Origin: Octopus sinensis
Taxonomy: Eukaryota
Assembly (NCBI RefSeq): GCF_006345805.1
Contig: NW_021833075.1
Span: 1 to 64,000 of the forward strand
Reading direction: 5' to 3'
Length of the DNA stretch: 64,000 bases
Within the stretch, counting starts at the first letter, position 1. Each line of letters starts with the position of its first letter. Positions 51,031 through 63,905 of the stretch are shown piece by piece. Made by a program: the position numbers and the translations under genes. The notes beneath the pieces are model-generated. The model ran no database searches, had not been told where the DNA came from, and worked only from the letters and a program-made list of their open reading frames with translations.

Positions 51031-53341
51031 ACACTCTATATGTTTGTGCAATGTGTGGGTGTATATAACTGTGGTGTATTTGTGTATGTAGGGGTTAAAG
51101 AAACGCTGACATGTTTTGGTTAAAACATGTGCATTGTGCGTTGCTCTTATTTCTTGTTTAAAAGGTTTTGGTGTATGTGTTGACATGTGCTATTTTTTTA
51201 TTTTTATTTTGTACAATATCTAAAATATCTTTTTCTTCGGGATTTAGCCTCTGAGACTAATAAATTTCACGTCATAATGTGTCATATCATCTGTTTCTAT
51301 AATAGTTTAGTCACCCTTAGTTTCGGGAACGTGTTAGGCTGACATAGTTCTTATGAAGAACTGTGTAAAGAGACGAAAAAATGTCTGTACTCGATTCAAA
51401 ATAGTTCTTTCGTTTAGATTATCTTTGATGAATTTGTGACAAATATTATCCCGGCAACAAATCAAAATAACGAAGAGGTGGATATATTTATCGAAAGCCA
51501 AATACATTGGAACATGTTATAGTCACTTTCGTATATTTCTCAAAATGCCAAAACATTTCATCGTAATTCTATAACATGTTCATAGACAGTTCCACGGCAT
51601 TTCTTGAAAGTCAGTTACTAGCCATTTTTATATGCCTTTTTATTTAAACTGACCACGAATTGACTTTCATGATACACAATGACATTGTGTCAGTGACCAG
51701 ATTACTAGCGTTCTTTAACGATTTATTTGATTAACTTTCAATGTATGTTCTTTGATTAATTCACCCATTATGTTGGAAATACGGCTGTATTGAAGCTTCA
51801 TGTTTTTTCATAACGATTTCTTTTTATTTGTTCAATAGTTTAGATTACTTTGGAATAGTTAACTATCTAAGTCTATCAACGTTTCCCGACACGGCTGTGT
51901 TCGAATGTAATTTATGATATTGATGATTTTTTTCATATTTCCTTTATCATAAATTATGATTAGTTGGAAATCTGAACGTTTCTAATTACTTTAAACTTAC
52001 TAAATATTTTCGGTCTTATCCTCCGAATGAAGTAGTTTTTGTTGCAGTTTAGCCGCGTTTTTTGCAGGCGATAAGGATCAGGAGGATGCACTTTTAACAG
52101 ATAAGATCAACATATGCGAATTTAATATACGTTTAACTGTTAACTTAGTTACTTTCTTATTTTATTGCACGGCTACTTATCCTTATTACAAAATAGAAAA
52201 CAAATTTTAGTTTGTAAATATTTTTTATTAATAAAGCTTCCCCATCAAATCTATTAAAACAAAAAAAATTCTATACGAGTTGTTATTGATATCAGCAATG
52301 ATTTTGCTACCTAATGCTTCCTTCTTTTTTCTGTGTTGCAATCTAATATAATGGTACCTTATTGTAAATGTATAATCATTGGACGAGAAAGTGTTATGCT
52401 TATGTGCACAACATGATATTTCGAGAAACGAAGTTTATGTTTCTCGTTTGCATCAAAATTGATACATCATGCTGGTTGTCTGAAGTCTATTCTGTGGTTT
52501 ACAGACTTAATGAGAAGGTTTTAAATACTATTTTGTTCTTTTTTTGTGATATATTATTACGGATTGCTGGAGGTTATATCTAATACATGCTGCATTCGTT
52601 TTGAACTGACGTATTCAAGTGAAGGTTCGTTGCCTAGAAGTTAGGTGTGCTGCATTTTCGATCGTCGGACCATATTTTCTACTCCCGGACCGACTGGTGC
52701 GTTGTGCTCTTGAGAAAAACACTTCACTTCCCGTTGCTCTACTCCACTTCCCGTTGCTCTACTCCTCTCAGTTGCTAATGAGTTTCAGTAATATCTGGGA
52801 AGTTAATCCTTCAACAGACTAGCGTCCCATTCTGTGGAAAGTAGAGTTGTAATCTCAGTTATTTATACGTCATGAAAACTGGGTAAAGCTCCGAGCTTAT
52901 GAGTCATACAACTCATGAAGGGCCTCAGTCTATTAATCTGCTCTATAAGTAGGATATATTTATTTCATGTATTATACTATAGGTGTTGGTTTGTGGGGCT
53001 TTACTGGGTGAAGTTGTTTGTATTGTTATTGCAGTTAATAAAGAAATAAAAAATAAACTCAACTCAATATGGATATTTGAACACATTAGTAGCTAAGATG
53101 TAGAAAAATGCAAAAATAACATGAGTACAAAAAAAAATAATAAAGCTATACAAGATATCTTCCAGAATGAACATCTAAGAACGTAGATGAACATCTATAG
53201 CAATAGCAAAGTACCAACAAACACTATCCATGAACTTTTATTTTAAAGTTGATATTCGAAAAATAGCGTAAATTATATAATTATATAGGAAATGTCATTA
53301 TGAAACACTTTCATTATCTGTTCATCTCAAAAAAAAAAAAA

Positions 53342-54020
53342 AAGGCGATGAGCTGGCAGAACCGTTAGCACGCCGGAAAATGCTTAGCGGCATTACGTTC
53401 GCCTTTACGATCTGAGTTCAAATTCAGCCGAGGTCAACTTTACTTTGTCATCCTTTTGTGGTCTATAAGATAAATACCGTTTGAGCACTGGGGTTGATGT
53501 GATCGATTTATCTCCTCCTCCGAAGTTACTACTTTTGTGTCAAAATTTGAAACCGTTACTATTAAGGTGGCGAGCTAACAGAATAGCTTGTACGTCGGAC
53601 AAAATGCTTGGGGTCGATGTAATCGGCTATCCTTACCCTCAAAATTTCAGGCTTTGTGCTTATAGTAATGATAATGTTTATTATTAAGGGATGAGCTGAG
53701 AGAATCACTAGCACGCCGGATAAAATGCATTGCGTCCGTCTTAAGTTCTGGGCCCAAATTCCGCTGCGGTCGACATTGCTTTTCAAACTTTTGGGGTCGA
53801 TGTAATCGACTTCTCCCTTCCATCAAAGGCTGTTGGCCCTATTCATTACAATGGCAGAATTGTTAGCAGGCCGGCTCTTTACGTTCTGAGATCAAATTTC
53901 TCCAAGGTTAACTTTGCCCTTCATCACTTCGGGGTCGATAAAATACGTTCCAGTCAAGTACTGAGGACGATGTAATCGACATACTCTCTCTCGCTAAAAT
54001 TGCTGACCTTGTGCTAAAAT
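53342..54020 (+). mobile_element. Cluster of about four degenerate SINE family A monomers
   Basis: Repeated heads (aaggcgatgagctggcaga, aaggtggcgagct, aagggatgagctg) and gtcgatgtaatcg cores. Confidence 0.75.
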
Positions 54021-54044
54021 TTGAAACAATTATCTGTTCATCAT

Positions 54045-54468
54045 AGGCGTAGGAATGGCTGTGTGCTAAGTAGCTTGCTTACGAACCACATGGTTCCGGG
54101 TTCAGTCCCACTGCGTGGCACCTTGGGCAAGTGTCTTCTACTATAGCCTCGGGCCGACCAAAGCCTTGTGAATGGATTTGGTAGATGGAAACTGAAAGAC
54201 GCCCGTCGTATACATGTATATGTATATATGTATGAGTGTGTATATGTTTGTGTGTCTGTGTTTGTTCCCCCCAACATCGCTTGACAACCGATGCTGGTGT
54301 GTTTACGTCACCGTAACCTAGCGGTTCGGTAAAAAGAGGCCGATAGAATAAGTAGTAGGCTTACAAAGAATAAGTCCTGGGGTCGATTTGCTCGACTAAA
54401 GACGGTGCTCCAGCATGGCCACAGTCAAATGACTGAAACAAGTAAAAGAGTAAAGAGTAAAAAGAGTA
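54045..54468 (+). mobile_element. CORE-type SINE family B, full length
   Basis: Same head, CORE-like centre and tail as 31449-31866. Confidence 0.92.
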
Positions 54469-54724
54469 TCTCTAATACACGTGGAATATCACGCTTCTAC
54501 TTCAGGCCCTAATCTCAATCAACTTTACGTCTTGTTTTCCCCGTCGACTTATCGTACTTATTTTATTCTCATATTATGTTCTACAACTAAATAATAAATA
54601 AAGCCCTGAACATTTTAATTGCATGCTGGACCAATCGACACTTCATCTGCCGAGTTCACTTTCATTATGTAGGCGTTTTGAGTATTGTACACCAACATTC
54701 TTTTTCCTTGTACTTGTTATCTAC

Positions 54725-54804
54725 ACCGCCACCACCATCACCACCACCACCATCACCAAGCCATCATCACCACCATCATCATCATCATCACCACCACCAC
54801 CACC

Positions 54805-54865
<61 letters not shown>

Positions 54866-54895
54866 CCACCATCGTCGTCATCGTCGTCATCATAA
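54725..54895. repeat. (CAC)/(CAT)n microsatellite
   Basis: Direct reading; gives poly-H/P/S pseudo-ORFs. Confidence 0.95.
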
Positions 54896-55809
54896 TCGCA
54901 ACCTTTCTACCTTCCAGCCTTCGTTCTCGCCTTAACACATCTTCCGAAATTTTTTGTTTCTTACACAAACTTTATCACACAGAAATCAGTCAGTTTTGCA
55001 CGAGTTGAACCCATTTGTGATTAAACTGATAAAAAATGAAATAAACAAAACTTACTGCCGTTTCTCGGATCCCCGTTTTCTTGAACACATTGCTGACATT
55101 TTCAACTATAAACCCACCATTCAAATAGGGATGGGGGAGACCCGTGCTTTTTCAGCTATCTACAAATCTTTAGAGTACACATCTTGTCATCTAAGGATAG
55201 TCATCTTATAAATTTTATAATTTATTCATTCTTTATCGCCACCGTCATCGCAATTGTCATCATCGTCGTCGTCATCATCATCATCATCATCGTCGCCGTC
55301 GTCGTCGTCGTCATCATCATCATCATCACCATCATCGCAACCATCCTCACCACCACCATCATCATTATCGTCGTCATCATCATCATCATCATCATCATCT
55401 CAATGTAATTATTGCTGTGAGTAAGGCACGAGGCAGTTTGTAGAAGAGTTCGAAAACAATATCATATTCCGTTTTATGTTCTGATTTCAAATCTTGCCAA
55501 GATTGATTTTAAGGAGACGGGTCAACGATCCACTAAACGGCTGCTCGACCAGTTAGAAATATCGACTAAATAATGTCTCTCAAATTACAGCTAGAATACC
55601 TGGTTTATTTGATTAACAGCTGATTATTTCTTGCCCTGTGTCGATGGTACATATCTCACTTCACCTCACTCTGTTATCATACCTTGTGACTCTAATGTTC
55701 GCAACTTCGCTTGGCTCATGCATTCCCTGTTGCACACAGATGTAGCAAATCTAGAAGTCGAATATTCTAGATTATCTGCAATTAATCTAGAATATTTCTA
55801 GATATTTCT

Positions 55810-56520
55810 CACAGATGCAAGTCAAATGAGAAAAATTTTCCGGTTTCCTTGGGGCAGCAAACCCAACAACTTTGACAGTATTCTTCTTAATACCCTCAAG
55901 CACTTTGCTTCAAAGGAACTCTTCGCATAATCTTCCAATCTTTGTGCCCCTATTGGGACCTAATCTGCAATGTGTTCTATATCTAAGACAGCAAGCGAAA
56001 TTTTAAAAATGATGAAAGCAGCCGTTAGCATTTCCTAAAACATTAGACTCTCTCTCCTATCTCGATGGCGTCCAGTATGGTAACCACATATCATAGCAGT
56101 AGATCTTCATGGGTCCTGCTCACCCTTAAAGCATTCTGTGTAAACAATGCCATTACATTTAACATTAGCAGAGCCTTTCGCCGTGTCTAGCATAAGAATT
56201 TCCGAGCCAAACTCTTCATTTGCCAATTGTATCTGCTTCTCATTTCTTGAGTTGAAACTTCCTTTGTAGCATGCTCTGACAGGGCTGATGTGGTAAGATG
56301 TATTCATATAAGCAACAGCAGTATAATGAAAAGAATGATACATTAACTGGCATATTTCTTTCCACAGTAAAAGCTAATTGTGTTTGGTTAGCGCTCTTTA
56401 CAGGAAGATATTTGTTTCTCAACTGTTAATCATTATGGAAGCAGCAGATATGCAACGACCAAAAACACAGCATGTCCAGGATTTGTGTCTCACTATAATG
56501 TTATATCTTACCAGTCCCCT
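55810..56520 (+). pseudogene. Decayed CR1/L2-type LINE reverse-transcriptase relic
   Basis: KPNNFDSILLNTLKHFASKEL (cf. KAxGPDGIxxxVLKxxAxEL), LDGVQYG (cf. QYGFR), ITFNISRAFRRV*HKNFRAKL (cf. LDISKAFDRVWH) and WHISFHSK (cf. WxVxFNxxK), in the expected order. Confidence 0.7.
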
Positions 56521-56599
56521 TTCGAGTATAAAATAGTTGTTATTACATTACTTTTATGTGTAGCATAATTCCCTTTAAAATTGTGGTCACTTACCAAAA

Positions 56600-57090
56600 G
56601 AAAGGAAATAGCTTTTCATTCAGAGCAGAAGAATTGCTGCAGAGGGCGCAGGGTCAGATTTCTCTCACTATGCTACATAGTTTATTACAGCTCAAATATA
56701 GCTAGACATGAATTTGATTCTCCTCACTCCAATGTTTGATAAATATATTAGCATCGATTTCATTGCCTACACGACTTCCGCTGTGAGAGATGTAATCAAA
56801 TGAAATAATATTTTTGCCGCATATCATATTCTAACAGATGTAACAGTTAACGGAAAGCTCTCAAAAGAACGAGAGTGCATTGGGGTTTCAATTTGCAATT
56901 GATGCCAATTTACACCAATTGCAGTGCCAATACACCCAGGAAAGTTATGTGAGCCACAGAACTTATCTCGTTCTTTGAAAATTAATCCGTTGCCGGCAAG
57001 AAACCCGGATATTTAAGATATAAATATATTTCTCACAAATATTCTTCAGTTCTTTAATGATTTCGAACGCTTGTAGACTTTACAGGGGAG
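56600..57090 (-). pseudogene. Decayed PIF/Harbinger-like transposase relic
   Basis: ERDKFCGSHNFPGCIG (cf. FPGxIGxIDGTH), followed by GNEIDANIF (cf. GSxHDAxIF), with frameshifts. Confidence 0.5.
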
Positions 57091-57375
57091 CCAGTTACTA
57101 ATGGGCACAAGCAACATATACATATAACGTAATTTATATATCTAAAATACACATAGGGTTTATTCTGCATGTATATTTCACCGTCTTTTTATACGTTTAT
57201 ATATATATATATATAAATATATATACACACATACATACAAGCTTACACACTCACACAAACATACTTATATATATATGCATATAATACATACATATATGTA
57301 TATTTATATGTGTGCCCGCACACACACGCACAAATCTCTCTCTCTCTCTCTCTCCCCCTCTCTCTCTCTCTCTCA

Positions 57376-57429
<54 letters not shown>

Positions 57430-57819
57430 TATGGTTCCGTAATCTATCAACCAACTGAATTGTAGATCGGATATTTTCATAAACTGCAAGTATCTCGACA
57501 AATTTTAATTAAACCATATTACTCTACCTCTGGTATTTGAGTACTCTTTTTTCCACTTTGTCTCACATTTATGTGCATACATCCGGTGTATATATATTTA
57601 TATATATATACATGTACGATGGGCTTCTTTCAGTTTCTAACTACCAGATCTACTCACAGGCCATAATAGAAGACACTTGCTCAAGAATCTACAAGATGTG
57701 ACTGAACCGGGAACCACACACGCGCGCGCACACACACACACACATGCACTTGTGTGCATGTGTACAGATTATCACAGATTATATGTATACTGACAGACCA
57801 TTATATGTGTGCGTTTATG

Positions 57820-58220
57820 TAAATATATTATATTATATATATATATATATATAATATATATATATATATATTATAATACATTTATATATATTTATACATA
57901 TATATTTATATAAATATATTATATATATAAACATTATATAAACATTATATAAAATATAATGTATATAGATGTATATTATAATATGTATATATATACATAG
58001 ATATATATGTATATATACATATATATGTGTATATATATACACATATATATATATGTATATATATATACATACATATATATGCATAAGTATCTATATAAAC
58101 ATATATATATGTATATATATACTATATATATTATATGTATATATATACATATATGTGTATATATTATATATTATATATGTATATAGGATAATAATACATG
58201 CATATATATATATATATATA

Positions 58221-58260
<40 letters not shown>

Positions 58261-58348
58261 TATACGTACATTATATGTATATATATATATACTTATATAT
58301 ATATGTATAGATATATACATACATATATATATATATATATATACGTAC

Positions 58349-58379
<31 letters not shown>

Positions 58380-58476
58380 TATGTATATATATACATAGAT
58401 ATATACACACATAGATATACATACATACATTCATACATACATACATACATACATACATACATAATTATATATATAC

Positions 58477-58534
<58 letters not shown>

Positions 58535-58537
58535 ATG

Positions 58538-58579
<42 letters not shown>

Positions 58580-58580
58580 G
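57820..58580. repeat. Long compound (TA)n/(TACA)n low-complexity tract
   Basis: Direct reading. Confidence 0.95.
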
Positions 58581-58964
58581 TAATGAATGTAGACTGTTGC
58601 TTATACAAAAAAATCTATTTAAAGACACACCCTTCATCACACACGCACACGCATACATATAAAGGCACGCACTCATATACTCCCAGCATGCACATAAACC
58701 AACACATACACACGCATAATTAGAAATGAAAGAGAACCACGGTCACAGCATGAACGCAAAACTGATCCCATTTGAAACTTCGGCCAAAGTTGACTTTAGG
58801 AGTTAAAGAAGAAATGTATTTTTTCGAAATGTTATCTTAAGTAGCTAAATACTTTCAGTAGCCCAAAGGGGCAACATATAAAGTTTAGATTTAGACGCTC
58901 ATAAACACTTCTAGTTGTTGGTGTTTTCCCTTAAGAAAACATTAATCAGTAAGTTTTGGTTTAC

Positions 58965-59099
58965 CTGACACTGAATTCTTTGCTGGTTCTGTTCATTGCC
59001 ACAGATGGCAACAGTAGGAATTTAATCCCCCTTTCCTTTGAAAGCACTTCCTGGTTCTCAGTTCTCTCTTTCTCTGTCCGACAACCATTATTATATTAT
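58965..59099 (-). CDS. Candidate exon upstream of 48038-48210 (5' UTR plus start, or internal)
   Basis: Long pyrimidine tract (59102-59170 on the minus strand) plus tatacAG, donor CAG|GTAAAC. MNRTSKEFSV+AG from ATG 58996 splices in frame (AG|C = Ser) to the 48210 exon. Confidence 0.4.
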
Positions 59100-59638
59100 C
59101 TGTATAACCCAAGGAAGATAGAAAAAAAAACCCCAAAACAAAAAATTCAAAACGAAAAGAAAACAAAATAAAAAAGTATCGAAAAACAATAAAAATAACT
59201 TAAACGTACACTGTTCCCTTCGTTTGAAAGAGAGACAAAATGAGAGTGAGGGGAAAAGCATAAAAGAGAGAGAGAGAGAGAAGGAGAGAATGAGAGAATG
59301 AGAGAGAGAATGAGAGAATGAGAGAGAGAGAGAGAAGAGAATGAGAGAGAGAGAAACAGAGACAGAGAGAGAGAAAGCAGAGGGTGAGGAAGAAAGAAAA
59401 GAGAGAGTGAAGATTAAATAAATAAATATTTGTATATTTTGATTATGAAAAAGTGTATTATGCTGCGATTCTCTTGATTTTCCTTTTGTTTTTTTTTCCT
59501 TACTGATACTTTGGCCCCTAATCCTCTATCACCACCTCTTACCCTTCCTGCACATTTCTTTCTCCACCACATGATGATGATGATGATGATAATGATGATG
59601 ATGGCTTCCTTTTTCTTTCTCCACTTCTCAATCCTCAC

Positions 59639-59672
59639 CTGTTTCCTTCTGAATATTTTTCTTCCCCTTCAT
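59639..59672 (-). CDS. Possible further upstream exon segment
   Basis: Strong donor CAG|GTGAGG at 59639/59638. ATG 59672 gives MKGKKNIQKET+G, which is in frame with the main ORF only if the acceptor at 59073 is used. Confidence 0.25.
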
Positions 59673-59742
59673 TACTGTTGTCCCCTCCTATAATTATTAC
59701 TGTCAATTAATGAGATGTATTACTGGATATTGAGCTACAAGG

Positions 59743-59773
<31 letters not shown>

Positions 59774-59791
59774 ACACACACACATATATAT

Positions 59792-59822
<31 letters not shown>

Positions 59823-59824
59823 GT

Positions 59825-60010
59825 ATTTCTTACTACCCACAAGGGGCAAAACACAGAGGGGACAAACAAGGACAGACACAGGGATTAAGTCTATTATATC
59901 GACCCCAGTGCATAACTGGTACTTAATTTATCGACCCCCGAGAGGATCGATAAAGGCAAAGTCGACCGCGGCGGAATTTGAACTCGGAACGTAATCAACA
60001 AACGAAATAC
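59825..60010 (-). mobile_element. SINE family A single internal unit (linker plus core)
   Basis: tttcttactacccacaagggg...gtcgaccgcggcggaatttgaactc. Confidence 0.82.
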
Positions 60011-60377
60011 GGCTACGCAGTCACAACATGCGATTTACCGAAATTTATTATTTGTCTGCAAAATCTAAAATAATCAGAAGTACATACTGATATCCTTAAT
60101 TACACTCATTAGATCTACATTAAAAGAGCAAGCTGGGATAGTGCCGCCCTCCTACAATTTTTTATTCATACGACCGGTATACCTAGGTATTTTTTATCTT
60201 ACTCATTACTTTTAAATACCACGGTATTCAGTTTTCGATTATCATAATCCCATTTTTTCCTCTATCAAAGATCTGGCAGTAATGGTTAGATTATGCTTCG
60301 CTGATGAGTTCTAATAAGGCCTTCTTAACATGATCGAAGTTATCACTCCCCACGAGCTTCTATTTTTAATAAATTTT

Positions 60378-60710
60378 TGCGTGGCACCTTGGGTAAGTGT
60401 CTTCTCGGGCCGACCAAAGCCTTGTGAGTGGATTTGGTAGACGGAAACTGAAAGAAGCCCGTCGTATATATGTACATATATGTATGTGCGTGTATGTTTG
60501 TTTGTCTGTGTTTGTCCCCCTAGCATTACTTGACAACCGATGCTGGTGTGTTTACGTCCCCGTCACTTAGCGGTTCGGCAAAAGAGACCGATAGAATAAG
60601 TGCTGGGCTTACAAAAGAATAAATCCTGGGGTCGAGTTACTCGACTAAAGGTGATGCACCAGCATGGCCGCAGTCAAATGACTGAAACAAGTAAAAGAGT
60701 AAAGAGTAAG
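60378..60710 (+). mobile_element. 5'-truncated CORE SINE family B
   Basis: Starts at tgcgtggcaccttggg and ends with tail aagagtaaagagtaagag. Confidence 0.88.
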
Positions 60711-61041
60711 AGTATTAATGGTTATCTCTCTTGTCTGTCTTGCCTCAAATTACTCCTTAACATAAAGATATTTTGTTTTCTCATTCACGCTTAATTTACT
60801 CGAATATAAATTTCTAGATATTTTTGTATTGATATGGGAAAAGATAAGAGACGAGGTTGACTTTGGCAACATTAAAACTTCCTGACTCAGGAATAAATCA
60901 AAATGATATATTCGAGGCAATTTCGACTCACTGCATCTCTGCACTCTATTTTTTCAGTGTCAATGCTGTTACGCATTTAGTTCATGACTTGAAATTTCAG
61001 TTCTTGCATTAGTGGCCCAAAACATGCTTTCGCAGAAATAT

Positions 61042-61414
61042 GATTCAATATCGCTGAATTACTAAAGACTTATTGCATAACATTAAGTCAAAACAATGAC
61101 GTCTTATATTCATTTCTGCTCTAGGCACAAGGCCCGAAATTTTGGAGGAGAGGGCTAATCGATTAGATCGATCCAGTACGCAACTTGTACTTAATTTACA
61201 GACCCCCGAAAGAATGAAAGGCAAGTCGACCTCGGCGGAATTTGACCTCAGAACGCAAAAACAGAACAAATACCTATTTCTTACTACCCACAAGGGGCTA
61301 AACACAGAGGGGATGAACAAGGACAGACAAACGGATTAAGTCGATTACATCGACCCCAGTGCGTAACTGGTACTAAATCAATCGACCACGAAAGGATGAC
61401 AAGAAAAGTCGACC
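61042..61414 (-). repeat. Inverted duplicate of 62760-63111 (SINE end plus unique flank)
   Basis: Shares private variants and the non-SINE flank taagtctttagtaattcagcgatatt. Confidence 0.88.
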
Positions 61415-62118
61415 TTTTCTTTTACTCTACGAGGACTGAGCAATAGCAGAAGTAGTAAGTGCCGGGCTAAATAGATTTCAGTAATTAATTTCAATTGGTT
61501 GAGCATCTTGCCAGTATCTGCGGGATGAGACGGTGGCAGACTTTTTTGACCAATGAACGGTCCGTCATTTTGCTTGCTTGCTTTCTGCCGGTGCATGCAT
61601 GCATACATACACACATACACACACACATACATACACACATACATACATACATACATACATACATACATACATACATACATACATGTACTGAAAACATACA
61701 TATACACATATGTGTGTGTGTGTTGTGTTTGTGTGTCTATATATATGTAAATTTCTACGAGTGCATTGTGCAAGGAACTTGCAACAGTTAAGGAACCCCG
61801 TACGATTACTGGGCCAACAAGAAATAATATCCAAATCTCCCGCAAAAAGCAAAGACAATAGTTAATGTTGGCCCAGACAGTTATACTAAATAAGACAACA
61901 ATAGAACAGCGGGATCACATCTGGAACATGTTTGACGATAAGTGCACTCGATCAGAGCGCACCTAAGTTTAAACAAGAATTGTCAAACTTAGAGTACATT
62001 CTTCTATATTTTGTATTTCAAAGCCACAGATACTCATTTTAACTTTTATTGTCCCCCTCGAGAGGTTTTAATTGAATACACTCACATATATATTGTCCCT
62101 CTCATATAAGACGTCACT

Positions 62119-63060
62119 AAGGCGGTGAGCTGGCAGAAACGTTAGCACGCCGGGCGAAACGTTTAGCGGTATTGCGTCTGCCGCTACGTTCTGAGTTCAA
62201 ATTCCGCTGAGGTCGACTTTGCTTTTCATCCTTTCGGGGTCGATAAATTAAGTACCAGTTACGCATTGGGGTCGATGTAATCGACTTAATCCGTTTGTCT
62301 GTCCTTGTTTGTCCCCTCTATGTTTATCCCCCTTGGTAATAAAGAAATAGGTATTTCGCATGCCACTACGTTCTGAGATCAAATTCCGCCGAGGTCGACT
62401 TTGCCTTTCATCCTTTCGGGGTCGATAAATTAAGTACCAGTAACGCATTGGGTCGATGTAATCGACTTAATCCGTTTGTCTGCCCTTGTTCATCCCCTCT
62501 ATGTTTATCCCCTTGTGGGTAATAAAGAAATAAGTATTTCGTCTGCCGCTATGTTCTGAGTTCAAATTCTGCCGAGGTCGATTTTGCCTTTCATCCTTTT
62601 GGGGTCGATTAAATAAGTACCAGTTACGCTCTGGGGTCGATGTAATCGACTTAATCCGTTTATCTGTCCTTGCTTGTCCCCTCTGTGTTTAGCCCCTTGT
62701 GGGTAGTAAAGAAATAGGTATTTCGTCTGCCGCTATGTTCTGAGTTCAAATTCCGCCGAGGTCGACTTTTCTTTTCATTCTTTCGTGGTCGATTGATTTA
62801 GTACCAGTTACGCACTGGAGTCGATGTAATCGACTTAATCCGTTTGTCTGTCCTTGTTCATCCCCTCTGTGTTTAGCCCCTTGTGGGTAGTAAAAAATAG
62901 GTATTTGTTCTGTTTTTGCGTTCTGAGGTCAAATTCCGCCGAGGTCGACTTGCCTTTCATTCTTTCGGGGTCGATAAATTAAGTACAAGTTGCGTACTGG
63001 ATCGATCTAATCGACTAGCCCTCTCCTCCAAAATTTCGGGCCTTGTGCTTAGAGCAGAAA
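62119..63060 (+). mobile_element. SINE family A pentamer (period 182-184 bp)
   Basis: Unit starts at 62170, 62352, 62535, 62719 and 62902. Single head and single tail. TSD-like atataagacgtca (left) and atatacgacgtat (right). Confidence 0.93.
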
Positions 63061-63905
63061 TAAATATACGACGTATTTGTTAAGTCTTTAGTAATTCAGC
63101 GATATTCAATCTTTCTTAAGTCTGACAAACTTTAATCGACGTTGTCCCCTAAACTTAAAGTAGAGTAAATATGTGAATGCCACTAACAGACCTATAATGC
63201 TTTTAACTGGCCGAAATATCAATTCGGCAGGGGAAAGTTTTTTTTGTTGCTATTTCTTTCTGTTCTTTGAGCTTTTATGATCATAGAAATAGTTCTTATT
63301 CGCATATTTCATATTTTATTTTTTTCAGTTTCCTTTTTGGGTTGGTTTTGGACAAAACAATGATAACGCGTTTAATTTCCACAATAGAAGGAATTGATTT
63401 CATGACGACTTATTACTTTATGGACATAGAAATATATATTTTGCTTGTGTGAATTTTCCATATATTTTGATTTAACTGTTAATGGTTTCAGTTTGTCTTG
63501 TATATTCAAGGATAGAAAACATGCCATCGTACTTTATTTTTAAGTGAATGTTTGGCAGTTAAAGGTTATATGAAACCTAGTTTAACTCTTGAAAATTCAG
63601 TCAAGCGTTATGTGATTTAAAGATTTATTTGGAAAGCACTTCCCATAAGTTTTTGACACGAAAGCAATCGATAAGATTGTAGCTAAGTAGTATATCAAGA
63701 AAAAACATTAAGTGGATGTCTCCCGAAGTAAAGGAATAGATTGCTTGTTCTCTCGGAGTATGAACACGACTGATTTCCATTGCGAGTTAAATTAAATATA
63801 CATCGAAAAACATCTTACAGCGTTACTTAGTTGAATACGGACAATTGATTGATCAGACGTGATAAAAAATAACGACTCATGGACTTTGTGAGTGTGACTC
63901 ATGGT

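Noticed and set aside
55814-55930. Terminal exon after a strong acceptor tttctcacAG
   Set aside because: The peptide lines up with a CR1/L2 RT relic whose later motifs follow in order, so it is better explained as TE decay.
62170-62352. Self-cleaving ribozyme within the SINE A tandem unit
   Set aside because: No CUGANGA/GAAA core on either strand and no HDV fold found; only small hairpins (ccagt/actgg and gtcgat/atcgac).
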